DNA of 64,000 nucleotides from Tricharina praecox (taxonomy: Eukaryota). Shown here one piece after another: positions 12,157 to 24,104 of this stretch. The stretch is taken from assembly GCF_024521635.1 (NCBI RefSeq), contig NW_026250408.1:1116001-1180000 (forward strand), given 5' to 3'. The notes under the pieces were generated by a model. That model had not been told where the DNA came from, searched no databases, and worked only from the letters and a program-made list of their open reading frames with translations. The position numbers and the translations under genes are program-made. Within the stretch, counting starts at the first letter, position 1. Every line of letters begins with the position of its first letter.

Positions 12157-12560
12157 TAGATTGTTTGTTTTTTGTTTCATCATCGTAGCATTCGACCTTA
12201 GCAGATCATGGCTGTATACACACAGAAAGAAAGAAGAACAATGAGATGACATCCGCGCACAAAAAGGAAGAACAGAATGAAAGAAAGACAATGAGATGAA
12301 AAACGAAAAGCGTCAGTCTTTCTCCAAACCCCACATCAACGCTCCATTCCCCCAGCCAACTCCTCCAACCAATATAACGCCTCATTTCTTCCTGCGTATG
12401 CCGGAATCTCCGGCCGACTAGTCCGTACTCTTTCCTCCGCTCTTGCTCTCACCGCGTCCTAGGGCATTCCCAGTAGGCGGGTATCGCGGTAACGTGTATG
12501 TTTGGGGAAGGATACTAGGCGAGTGCGTAACTGTGCAAGTTTGAAGCAACGGGATACCAG
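12157..12560 (-). mobile_element. Possible degenerate 3' end of a non-LTR (LINE-like) retroelement
   Basis: Minus-strand fragments LAQLRT.. and YWECPR resemble the C-terminal zinc-knuckle region of LINE ORF2. They are followed by a T-rich tract and an A-rich tail (gaaacaaaaaacaaacaa). Confidence 0.25.
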
Positions 12561-12823
12561 GCATTTTCTGGCTGGAGACATGTAGATATCGGCGTCTAGA
12601 AGATGTCCGGTATGGAAAGCTACGGTGGCTATTCGGACGGCCGGTTCTAACGGGGGAGGGAAGAAGGAATCATGAGAATTATATAGCCGTTCATTCATTA
12701 TACAAATACCAACACGAGCTATCTATACGCCGATTCATTGCCGCGTACCCAATGCCATAGAAAAATACCATACCATCCAACTCTCCTCCCTTCCTCCACT
12801 AACTATTACATCCGCCTCCCCAC

Positions 12824-13234
12824 CTAATGACCAGCCACCTTCGCTTTAACAGCCTCAGGATAACTCGGCGGCACCGCCTCTGCATCCTCCAGCTCTTTCC
12901 CGTCCCCCTCCGCCCTTCCCTCCACCGCCCTCGCCCCCACAGAAGCCTTCTTCTTCTTCTCCCTGCGCATCCATCTTCTCAAGTGTCCGCGCGGCAAGCA
13001 CAATCCCACCATAGCCAGGCTCAAGACCACCGCAAGAACCACGCCGAGGACGATCCTGCCGGTTTGGAAGAGGCCGCCACCACCGCCTTGGGATTTTCGT
13101 TTCGAAGGGGTGGCAGTGGCGGTGGCCCGTGAGACGGGGTCGGAGGATGGGGTTGCATCTTTCGGCGCTGGGTGAGCATCAACTGCGGCGAGGAAGGCGA
13201 GGAGGAGTGCGAGGGTATGTTTTGCGACTTCCAT
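12824..13234 (-). CDS. Hypothetical small single-pass membrane protein (signal peptide, S/T-rich ectodomain, TM helix, PPSY motif)
   Basis: MEVAKHTLALLLAFLAAVDAHP signal; TM IVLGVVLAVVLSLAMVGLCL; basic stop-transfer RRWMRREKKKK; cytosolic PPSY. Confidence 0.7.
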   Translation of the reverse strand: MEVAKHTLALLLAFLAAVDAHPAPKDATPSSDPVSRATATATPSKRKSQGGGGGLFQTGRIVLGVVLAVVLSLAMVGLCLPRGHLRRWMRREKKKKASVGARAVEGRAEGDGKELEDAEAVPPSYPEAVKAKVAGH

Positions 13235-14551
13235 GTGTACTGTATGTTGTTCGGATTCGTGATTTGAAGAAGGGGTTAGGTTACTGTAGTAATCCGATTG
13301 ATATATGATGCTTCGTGACGCTGCAACTGACTCGAACCATCCCACAGCGAAAGCAGCGAGTTCGAGTCTTATACGCAGGCGCACAGCAGAGTACTCGTAT
13401 CTACCCAGCGCTTAGCGCATCCTCTTGGCGGCATCCCCGCATCCAACACCAAGCTGGCGGCCTGAACATGAAAACATACATTCCGGGCACTTAGCCGTAG
13501 ATCTTGAGGCTGTGAACGATAGGCCTTCATCACGAGCGCATATTCGTGCCTCGAATCGCAGAAAGCTGGAAGCTCACTCCCTCCCTCGGCAGATGCTCCG
13601 TGGTCTCGAGGGACGACCCGGGTATGGATGAGACTGTAATTTCTCGGGCTAACTTACCTGCTTCACTGTTATTGGTACTTGGCCTGCGAGACGGAGAATG
13701 GGAATTGCACTGCCTGGCTGGGTATAATGTATGGATCATACGATATCACCCGCCTAGGCAAGTCATGCCGCACAATGACGACTTTGTCCAGCAGAAGAGG
13801 GTCGCCGTGGTCTGTAAAGGCTGTATGCAAAGATAAAATGATTTCCTGTCTCTCTCCAGAAGAAGAGTAGAGCAGGTAAATTCAATAAGGTGTGGGGCTC
13901 AGTCACAGTCCACTTAACCATGCATGTGGCAGACCATCACCTTAGTATCACATCCCACGGGCTTGTGACCTCATTTTCAAGCATTTGGTTGGAAGCTCAA
14001 CTTTTCTGTAGCAGTAACAGTGGAGATAAATACATCAGTACCAATGACGGTGTCCAGCAAGTCGAAAGATGAACCTAAGAAAACCCATCCGGCCCACCAA
14101 AAAAACCAAAAAAAGAACACATCCCGACAACCCTCAAAAATGCAACTTCACCACCCAGCGATGACTGGTATACACCCATTCCTTTCCACTACCAGGATCA
14201 GTCACTGCCTGTGGTTGATTATGCATATCCTGGGACAAGCTATCTGCTGGTGGAGTCTGGATGGCGGCTGTGACCGCTATATACATTTAACTTCAGAGTG
14301 AAAATTAGTCACTACTCGTGAGAGTTTGGTGCACTGGAGCTTGACTTCCATACAAAACCCAGTGTTTCCTCTTGCCAAAGATCTTCACACCAACATTGGA
14401 CCAGGAATCTAAGGTTGGCGGGGGGTACATAACCTGTGCCTTTTCTACTCCCCATCATTCATATCTACTGCTGGCTACTAGGTAGCTGGCTTGAAAATAG
14501 AACCGCAAACATATGGCCCTTCAAAAGCGCAGGCACCATATGCTCTTCGTA

Positions 14552-14990
14552 TGTAACGTAACGTCACGTTACGCTGACTGAGTACGTACAAGCAGCCTCC
14601 TCCCGTGCTCCTTCATCCCTCATTACGTGTCAATTATCCTGCTCAGCTCGCTCCCCATTACCGGTACACACTAGGTCAGTAGGGCAAGCAAATAGTAAGT
14701 TGCGTCGAGTACGTAGAGCAACAGGAAAAGGAGATTCGAGACTGGGAGGTGCCTTTTAGTTTGTGAGGTTCACGTCACAAGTTATCACTCACATTGCGAG
14801 TGGCCGCACGTGAGTTGACTCAAGTAGAGTACAACCTCACAGTGATCATTCAGCTGCAGAAGACGATGAATCCGAGCGAGCAGAGTGCAAGGGAGGGTAA
14901 GAGAGGGCAGGGGGAGTGTGTGAGGGTTGATGCCGGTAGGGGCGAGGGAGCAAGTAGGAAACTTGTGAACGAAGAACAATGGGTATAACA
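14552..14990 (-). mobile_element. LTR-like repeat copy A (putative solo LTR, TG...CA bounded)
   Basis: Minus strand starts TGTTATACCC and ends CGTTACGTTACA. Segment 14736-14956 aligns in inverted orientation with 18937-19190. No matching target-site duplication found. Confidence 0.45.
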
Positions 14991-15979
14991 AGGTCAATAG
15001 AGTGCTAGGCCTTAACTATATCCCACAGAAAGCCGACAAAAGTCTTATAATCCTTTTGCAACATCCGCAGAGACTATATAAGGATTATGTAAGAAAAATG
15101 GACGAAAAGATACCAATTCAAGGCTTAGTACTTTTGATGATCCTTATGGTATGTAGAGTACCGTACCTATGTCAAATCATGTTCCCGTGGGGGTCATACA
15201 ACAGAATAGGTAATCTAAATTCAGATCCTTAGGTGCATGCATCAACTCGGAAGCCACGGCACTCGCTCCTGCCCACTGCCCAGAAACACATACGAACCAC
15301 CCCTGTACTATGTAAAACCGTGTGACCAGCACGGTTTCTTTGACCTGACCACACAAGCGACATTCCTTCCAAACATTTCTCTACGACCAGAAGGAATATC
15401 AAGATTTCAAGACTGCCAGGCATCACAGCGAGTGGAATGGAGGCGACTAACACAATTTTCTTTCGGGGAAATGGGGTTTTTGGTCGAGAGTGAGCGTATC
15501 AAAGTTGGAGGGACAGCTCCACTCCGGACTCAGCATTCAACCTTCAACCTTCAGGTGTACCCAACCATGCCCCCCTACAACCACCCAATCGCTAATGATA
15601 TCGTCTAGAAGCACATTTGTGAGCTGAGGAGCGGGGCGGGGCGGGGAAACCATTCTGGGGTAAATTTCTGCTCGTTGATTCCCCCGGCCACTGCAATCGC
15701 GATAAGTTGGGTTACTCGCACCGTATCGAAGCTCAAAGGGTGCCGAATCCTCGTCAGCCAACCGGAAATCGTGAAAACTCATCGTGCTTTCTAGGCAACG
15801 CTCATACCGAACGGGTGGGCTGAAAGGTATAGACGTCTACTTAAGCCTTTCCTCATTCTTCGCCGCCCTAAGTGAATGCGTAACACCCCTCCGCACCGGC
15901 CTCTCCCAACTAAACCGAATACCTATCTGATATTGTCCCATTAACCCAGCGGAGTTGAATTCATAATGACCCATCACCG

Positions 15980-18625
15980 ATGGAAGGTAAGCGTACAATG
16001 ACACCGGGGATCACTCGTTTGTAACAAAAACCTTTACAGGACATTATCTAATCTTCAGGCACACCTGCAAGACTAGGGATTCTCCGTCGAGCGGTGGGAA
16101 AGTGCCCTGGGTGTGCAACGAATTTCCGCCTTATGGCTGGGTAATTCCGGGGCAGATCTCTGTGGTGGACTGGCTGGAAGGTGCCTACCTAATTCCCCAA
16201 TACTGCCTTCTCGAAGCTCTCTGCTAACATTAATAGATCCGAAAGCCAAAAACCTGGTATTCGGGCTCAGAGCACCACCGCAAAGAATTCTCGATGGACG
16301 CCATATTGAGCCGTGCAGATATCTGGATGGATACGGAAGGATAATGCCTTACGAACAATCATACCATACGATACTGCGTCCAGTCTGGGCAACGGGCCCC
16401 TCGGTCTGTCCGAATGCGAACATCATGAGCCACCTGTTGGGCAGAGTGAAATCAACCGCGCAACTGAAGGACCCGCAACTTGTGAACGAGATAAACGCAG
16501 AGCTGGCTATCTCCAGCTATGACAGAGATGCCGGCGATTGTTTAGGCTTGGTGCACACGATCTTCTGCATCACTCGGGCATCCCTGATTCAAGCGTGCAA
16601 TTCATGCAAGCAGAGGACGTCCGAGTCTCTTCGCTTCATGCCAAAGTGTCCGACGTGGAAAGGCTTCGAGACGTGGGTAGTCCAAATGGCGGCCTGTGGG
16701 TCCCATCACTACCGGGTCGACCCAGACACTCCGGAGGACATCGACTACTTTTCGCATGTGCTATACCACCTGGCCGCCGAAATCCACCAAACGCAAACGC
16801 AAACCCTACACCCAGGCACAACGGGGGGCCATCCTAAATTTGTCGTTGACGAAAAATATCAGCGTTGAGTGCAGTCAGTCAACCTCCCTGAAGTCCTTGA
16901 GCTCATCTCATGGCTCATCGCACTGCTTGGAATCCCGCTGGCACTCCCCGACTCGGCACACTACTCAAGCCAGTATGCCGCGCTGGTGAGCCAGGCCATG
17001 CAGCGAGCGGAACGACTAAACATTTGCGCGCAGCGTGTGTGGGCTCTCGGCTCGGTGGCGCCTGGGCGCGAGCTGAGTCTCTTGTCACTGGTGCCTCCTA
17101 CAGACCTGGGGTATTCCGTTCGGGGCCATACCGGCCACGATATGTGCACCTCCGACTTCTGTCAGCAATCCACCATTAGCTTCACCTCGGTGGCGCAACT
17201 CCATTTGTGCTCTGTCCCTGGGCACTGCCTGCCTACCGAAGGCATGTTCTCTCAAGCGTTACTGAGCAGCGCCCTCAACCGCTCGGGTCTGGGCTCCGAA
17301 ACATTCGTGCCGACCGCCTAGACTTTAGATGGAAAGTCGCTCGTCGAGAAGGAGCAGCCTTTCATGGCCATTTCGCACGTCTGGTCCGACGGAACCGGGA
17401 AAGGGGCCTGAAAACCGGCCAAGTGAACCAGTGCCTGTGGCGACACTTTTGTGAGATGGCGCGGGAACTGGGATGCGAAGGGATCTGGTGGGATACCGTC
17501 TGCCTCCCTGAAGATAAGCGTGCACGCATCGAGGCTATCAATCGAATGCAGGATAATTACACGCACGCCACGGCCACGCTTGTCCATGACCGCTACTTAA
17601 GCTGCCTCCGGTGGACGGACGCTGCCTCAGCTTGTTTCGCCGTTGCCATGTCGACGTGGCTCACAAGAGGCTGGACCGCGTTGGAATTGCAACAGTCTCC
17701 AAAGGATGGGGTGTACGTGCAATTCGAGGACGATGACGGTAATCCGGTGCTCAAGAATCTTGAGGGCGACATCCTGTTACGGCTAGGACAACCGTCCCAT
17801 CGCCATCACCAGATAGCGAGCGCTCTGATCCGCAAGCTGCGAGCACCAGTACGGTTCCTTAACGACCTCCTCACGGTTATTGGACCGCGATACACATCCT
17901 AGACGCGGGACATGGCGATCATTTCGGGGCTCTTTGTGGGCGTCAAGAACCCAGCATCCATGACCCAGGAGGAAATCTACCAAGAAGTCCTGCGTACGAT
18001 TCAAGGCCGGGCCCGGCACGGAACCGTGTCGGTCAGCAATCTCTTCCACGGCACGACAACCATGATCAAGGGCGGATTCGGCTGGTGTCCACCAGATCTT
18101 TTCCGCATGCCAGTAGGAGACGGGCACAGCGAGCTTCATGTCCAGGATAACGGAGACCTCCTCGGAAGGTGGCAGATGCGGTGCCTCCTACGCCACGCGC
18201 GATGTGTGCGCGTCCCGGAAGGGACGCATCCCCTGATCCGCTCCAAGCTATACGTAGCCATGTCGGAGCCGCGGAGACACGTTCTGCTGCTCGAAGGGTT
18301 GGCGCAGCTGGAGCGCGCGCTCGTCGTGCGAGTGCGTACCACGCGCGCCGAAATCGCCGCCGGAACCTACGCCAAGGACGAAGCACTCCAGTGCGAATAC
18401 GTGGGTATCGTGCACTACGAACCTTCCGCGATAACCGAGCCCGAGTATCACCTTTCGGTGTTTTGTCGCATCGCCGACCCCAAAGACCTGCCCGACCTCC
18501 CGCCCACGAACATGGCTTGCGTTGTGGGCACGTTCAAGGGCGCAGGTGGCGGCCCGAAAGGCACCGGGCCGCTAGGCTGCGTCTGCTGGCAAGCTAACAT
18601 TTATCGCTTCACTCCGGGCGTATAG
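15980..18625 (+). pseudogene. HET (heterokaryon incompatibility)-domain protein gene interrupted by three in-frame stops and one 1-nt frameshift (pseudogene or editing-dependent gene)
   Basis: Exons 15980-15986, 16040-16180 and 16237 onward (MEGHYLIF...VPWVCNEFPPY...DWLEDPKAK). HET motifs FMAISHVWSDGTG, GIWWDTVCLP, AINRMQDNYTHA..TLVHD, WLTRGWTALEL. Stops: TGA 16866, TAG 17319, TAG 17900; frameshift at about 17409-17414. The 3' end is uncertain (possible last intron 18546-18625). Confidence 0.85.
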
Positions 18626-18900
18626 AGCGACGTCTATCTGGATATATCACGGGCCGGACCGGCAGCGTTGTGTGTGGAACACAGCAGTGAAGAGGACGAG
18701 GTTGTCCGGAAGAAACCCGGGTCGTGGGGAGAAAACTGTGGCACTTCATGAGGGCGTGCACGACCGCACTCTACGTATTTTCCTTGAGAATTAGTGTGGA
18801 CGTTGGGGAACTCTGGATTGCGCGAAGGGTGGGCTTGGGAAATTAGCTTATGGGGGTCAACTATTGTCATGTAAACAATTGAACTTCCCGGGTGCAGAGC

Positions 18901-19210
18901 TGAATACCACTGTGACTTTCTAGACTGCTGGAACCATACTTACTTCCCCGTCCCTACCAGCATCAACCCTCACACACCCATTTCACCGGTCATAGTAATC
19001 GACTCTCTGCCCTCCCTACTCTCTATTACTCTCTATTACCCTCTGCTCTCTCAGAGTCATCGTCTTCTGTAGCTGAATGACCACTGTGAGGTTGTACTCT
19101 GCTTGAGTCAACTCACGTGCAGTCACTCGTGAAGTGAGTGATAGCCCGTGATGTGAATCTCACCAACTAAAGGGCACCTCTGAGTCTCGATGATCTTTGT
19201 TACAACTTAC
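18901..19210 (+). repeat. LTR-like repeat copy B (partial, inverted relative to copy A)
   Basis: An ungapped core of about 150 nt (ctctgctc...atcgtcttctgYagctgaatgaYcactgtgaggttgtactct...gtctcga) matches the reverse complement of 14736-14885 with about 20 mismatches by manual count. Confidence 0.8.
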
Positions 19211-19891
19211 AAGTGTCATCCGGGGGGCATCGCCAGAGTCAATCAACCCACACAGTTAGAGTCATTGAAGGAATGACTTCAGTCAATGAGCAGAAATGGC
19301 TGAGTAAATCCGCAAGACTTGCTCCCCCTTCTGCTCCTCCTCCCCCGATCCACCTAGCAACCCACTCGCCATTCCATCTGGGTCCTCAACTACTCGAGAG
19401 TCTATACAAATGGACTCACGCAACCCATTCTATTTCTCCATTCCATTCAAATTGGATGAAAGGATGATAAGTGCTACTGTTAAAGAAAAGGGGGATCGTA
19501 GTAAACAAAGCAAGAGCTGTACAAACACCCCAAGCAACCCACGTGATAATCTAATCAGACAAAGAACGAGCAAAAGGCCCGAGTGAGATTATGTATAGCA
19601 TTGGGTCTCGACACAAGACGATCTCTGGCGGCCATGTGAGTGTATATAGTCCACCCCGATCCGTTATTTCCACAGAAGCATGTGATGCTACTCATTCTGG
19701 CTGACACTGCACGCAACGATGTGTGTTTCTTCAACAGCTAAGCACAGGTCCAACCCACACCCAGCGCCAACCGTGCAAACCAGCTTCAGTCACATGCTAT
19801 CATCCACCGCATGGACACACAGCGCCACACACCGCCACACTATCTACCTCCAGCCAAAAAACAAAGTCCAAGCAACCAGTCCACCGAGCGC

Positions 19892-21750
19892 TCATACCCG
19901 CTCCACCTCCGCCTTCCTTCCACCCGCCCAAGCCCCCACAGCGACCACAACCGTAACCCAACACATGCACAGCGCAGTGACACCCACCGTCAGCGTAAGA
20001 GAGAACATGGCGTCGACACCTATTCGCTCCAGGTAATTGACTGTGTCCCTATTGCTGCACATAAACACCACTCCACCAGCGATGAGACAGAACGCGGTGA
20101 GCACTTCTGTCGGGGGACGCGTGGGCTGCGTGCTCCTTGGCGGAACTCTGAAGAATAGCAAGTACGTGAGCGACCTGCACACCGCCGCGGCGGCGAGGAG
20201 CGCGCCCCACTGTGTGTGTATCGTTGAGGAGAAGTGCGAGTGCTGGTGGTGCTGCGACATCAATGTTCCCAGCAGGAAGATGACGAGCGCGGGCAGGGGG
20301 TTGGGGGTGAACCCCGCGTTGTGCGCGGGGTGATCCGAGTGGTCCTGTCCCCCCAAGACCAGCCAGATCCAAGTGCTTTCTAGCAACAGACCCAGAAGTC
20401 CCCCACCGAGAAACATGAATGCGATCGACACGTGCTGGAGATCGCCGTGCGACCAGGCGCCGCCCCAGCTCGCTAGATGCTCGAGGAAGACGTTGGCGCA
20501 CCCGTAGAGGAAGATTCCGCCGCTTTCGACGGTTTCGCAGGTGAAGGCTCGGCTTGTCGTCGGCTTGAGGTTCCATGACTGCGGGTATCAGCAGGTGGGT
20601 AGGAGGAGAAAGGCCAGGGGGAAGGTACCCAGCCGAGCTCAGAAAAGGCACCGAGCCACCGGCTGAGCGTCAAGATTCCGTAGAGGAAGAAGACCCCGCC
20701 CTTGATGAAGTGCGCGAGCCCATTGAGCACACTGCTGCCCATCTGCTCTCGTCATCAGCCACCATCCATGCATCCATCTCTCGGAACATACGAGCGGAGC
20801 AACTCACAAAGATCCCGGCCCCCGTAACAATGCCCAAACAAATCTGCGTAAACCCCAGCGGAATAAGGAACCTCGCAATGACCGAGTAAACAAGATTACA
20901 GATCTTCACTACCCGTTCATTAAAAATCCCCGGCACGCTCGCCGACAGCGCATTTTCCAGGGTGGCTAAATCCACCCACCATCGTCCACGCGCCGATTTC
21001 TCCCCTACCCATTCCAGCCCGTGGTCCTCGTCGCCGTATCCCGACGACTCCTGATCCACCGACCCGCCATGCCCACTATCGGCGGAGCGCCGATCACTAT
21101 AAAGCCGCGAATACGCCTCGTCTTCATACGCAGGCACCGCCCTGAACCCGCCGCCGCCTCCGTGTTCGTGTCCCGAGTTTCTGACGACTCTTGCAAGCAT
21201 GCCGACGGCCGCCTGCACACCCAAGATTACCAGCAGCGCCCATCCCAGCTTCCGGTGGGAAGCCGCCGGATACAGGTCCTCCGTCAACCCGGCATGTACC
21301 GCCGCGAAAACGATTCCGGCAACGTTGGTGGTCAGGAACGAGATCTGCGCGGGAACGTGGTGGCGCGAACTAGCGAGTGAGAGCGTTGTTGCTGCGAGAG
21401 GTTGTCAGAGTGTCAGAGGTGACACCAATAAGGAGGCGGGCCAGCGATTAGGTGTGTAGTAGGTACTAACCGACAGGCATGATTATCACCCAGCTCAATA
21501 GCATGGTCAGGATGTGAAGGTATAGCCAGCCGCGATGGGGTGCGAGGGCGAAGTAGTATGCATTGCTTGCATCAGCTCCGGCGTTTGTGCTGATGCTGGT
21601 GTTGTGCGATGGCAGCGGATGCGAGTGGGCTTTGTCTGTGTGCATGTCCATGTTCATGTCGCCGTGCTCGTCTCCATGGTCGTGGGCGAGGGCCAGCGAC
21701 GCCAGGATCAGCAGCAGGGCCGCAGGCAAAAGTGTGGATCCAGTCTTCAT
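19892..21750 (-). CDS. Ytp1/DUF2427-family integral membrane protein
   Basis: Signal peptide then His/Met-rich N-terminus. WLYLHILTMLLSWVIIMPV, LYPAASHRKLGW, VLNGLAHFIKGGVFFLYG, NVFLEHL..WGGAWSHGDLQHVSIAFMFLGGGLLG, NPLPALVIFLLGTLMSQHHQ. Three introns. Confidence 0.85.
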
Positions 21751-22996
21751 CGAGGGTGCAGAATTGCAAAAAAAAAATACCGTCCGCACGAAGTATCGAA
21801 CAACAGGAAAGGATGTGCGCAGAGGGGCTGTCTTTGTTCTCCGGGCACCCATTCAATTATATGTAGGCACCCGGGCTCCTTATACATTCCACGGGGCCTG
21901 GAATGTCGGTGTCGGTATCGTAGTTGCACATGCATCGCGAGGTGCAACAACGCGAAAGAAACTTTGCAGCGGCCGCCGCCCAGGCCAGGGCCCAGGCTAA
22001 CCACCTATCTCATGATGCGGTTCCGCTCGAGGTGGGCACATAATCACCGATTTGATATCGCCATGCCTCCCTCTGGACTCGGATATGTTATGCCGAGCAG
22101 TCACAGCTACATACATACATACATACCCCGCCAAGGCCCCACCACCACATGATCACTCCGATGGCAGACTTCGACAACGTCCGATGTGGAGCTGGAGTAC
22201 ATACATGCGTATACTGACTTCGGAGTGAGTCTCTGCGGATACAGATTGTGAAGCTATCGTCTTCGTGCCCATGGTTCCCACGATCTTTCGAGGCGAATAG
22301 AGTACTCGACGGACGGACGAGTGAGCCCGCATTGCGATCCCCAGATGTCGTCGAGACATGCTCATCAAGGGTTAGGTAACTGATGTGCCAGCTGCCATCC
22401 CGCAACCTGCATATGCCAAGTGTAGGTCGGTCGGTTATCACCACTTCCGAGAGCCCGTCTCGGAATAGCGAGAGAGTTTTGTTCTCCATAAACCGTTGGA
22501 TATAGACGCTAAGCAAGTGGGGGAGGGGATCGGCCAAATCCGATTCCGAGTTCCGCACCGGTCTGAAAGGCCCTACACGGTGCACGCCGCACGGTGGATT
22601 GTGTATGTATGGCGAGATGGTGATTCATAATTGGTGAAGGACCAGGAGCTTTCCACTCCCCTCACTTCGTCAGTTTCGATACCTCCGACCCCACTCGCAC
22701 ATAGCCGAATAGTAATCTCCAAGTTAAAAAAAGCTTACAAAAGGATCATAGCAGTAGCAATAGCAGCAAACACACCGATGACAACAGCCATCATCATCTT
22801 CCTAGTCGTATTATTAATATTGACGTACTTCGACTCGTATCTATTGAATTCTCTAAAGCACACATCACGCGAAGTCAGACAAACGACCGGGCACCCATGG
22901 ACCCTCCAACAGCAGCAGCTAGCCCGTGCAGCCAACGGGGCACGCAAAGTGAAAACCGCTGCAGAAGTTGTCCCGGTCCACATCACCAGCGCCGTC

Positions 22997-24104
22997 TCAA
23001 GCTTCCTCCTCGAGGAGCTTAAAGTGCGCGCTAGGTAGATTGCTGTAGCACCAGAACACGTTGCTGAGGCCCTTACGATGACGGACATCTAGATCCGTCG
23101 GCTTGACGCCCGCTTGACGGTACAGCTTCGCCAGAAGATCGCACATCCTCTCGCCGGTGCACATCATGATGCGGAGGGAGTCTTTGTCGGGGATAGACGG
23201 AGGTGGTGTCCAGGGTTTGGTTAACCACCGCACCGTTAACGCCGCTACAATATTTGTCAGTCATAGTCTCGGACAACCCTCGTCGACAGCACACTCTCCC
23301 ATTCCTCGGTCGACCTCACCCCGACTCACTTTTCGTTTGGCAATCGTCGCTTAAGAACGGCGGGTCAACCATGACCCTGTCGAACTTTCCCCGGAGATCC
23401 TTCGGGAGTCCTCGCAGCGGGTACTCGAAGTCATAATAGACGAAGTCCTCCTTGAAGACGTCAAACCTGACATCATATTCGAGCAGTTTGATAGTCATGT
23501 TCCTCGGTATCCTGCCTGTCGTCTGCAATAGTGTCAACATCCGTCTCGTCTGCGCTTATCCGACCGACCGATCGCTCGACCCTATCTCGGAGTGAGATTC
23601 CGCCGCTTAGACGATGCCTGACTGACCTTCCACTCCCTCAACTTGACATAGACGGTCGGGGCCGAGACCAAGGCGATAGCCGTATCCTCCGTGGCGCCCT
23701 CGAGAAGCGACTCCGCCAGGATCGTAGCGGTTTCATCGTCGTACCAAAACTTTTCCGCAAGTCACTAGCATCAGTATCTCCCTCTCCCTCTGCCGCCAAC
23801 CATCCCCCCGCGCCTACCACACCCCCCATCTCCCCCTCTGCCCCTCCCCCCCCTTCTCCCTACATACCTGACTCTGATTCCAGTCCTCCTGAAAATCCGC
23901 CATGGTGACTATGCGGTCCTCGTGGTCGCGCTCGGCCTGCAGCCGCAGCTCCTCGAACCGCCGGTCCTGCTCATCCTTCTCGCGCATGAACTCGGCCAGC
24001 GCCTGCATCGCGTCCGGGGCTAACCTGCTCGTCTCTGTTAGTAGCGTGTGTGGCGTGTTTGGCGTGCGCACTGACTGCAGCTCTTCGTCGTCCGTAACGA
24101 GCAT
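22997..24104 (-). CDS. EFM5: Protein-lysine N-methyltransferase Efm5 (N6AMT2/EEF1AKMT1)
   Basis: FQEDWNQSQ|FWYDDETA, IALVSAPTVY, LLEYDVRF, FVYYDF, VMVDPPFLSDDCQTK, IMMCTGERM, GLSNVFWCYSN across 5 exons. Confidence 0.9.

Noticed and set aside
14960..15232. Faint resemblance to a hAT transposase fragment (LVNEEQW; YKDYVRKMDEK...DP)
   Set aside because: Too short and frame-broken to support without a profile search; the first part lies within the LTR-like repeat.
16074..16076. An additional TAG (GAC-TAG-GGA) that looked like another editable stop in the HET gene
   Set aside because: With the best-supported splice model (ATG 15980, introns 15987-16039 and 16181-16236), exon 2 is read in a different frame and this TAG is out of frame.
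22088..22630. Plus-strand frame that reads protein-like if six stops are replaced by Trp, and an in-register 165-codon minus-strand ORF
   Set aside because: Six stops in about 160 codons is near random expectation, and no recognisable domain is present on either strand.
22631..23088. ORFs on both strands with hydrophobic stretches overlapping the EFM5 3' end
   Set aside because: The hydrophobic runs derive from low-complexity tagcag/atc repeats in the probable EFM5 3' UTR; no family is recognised.
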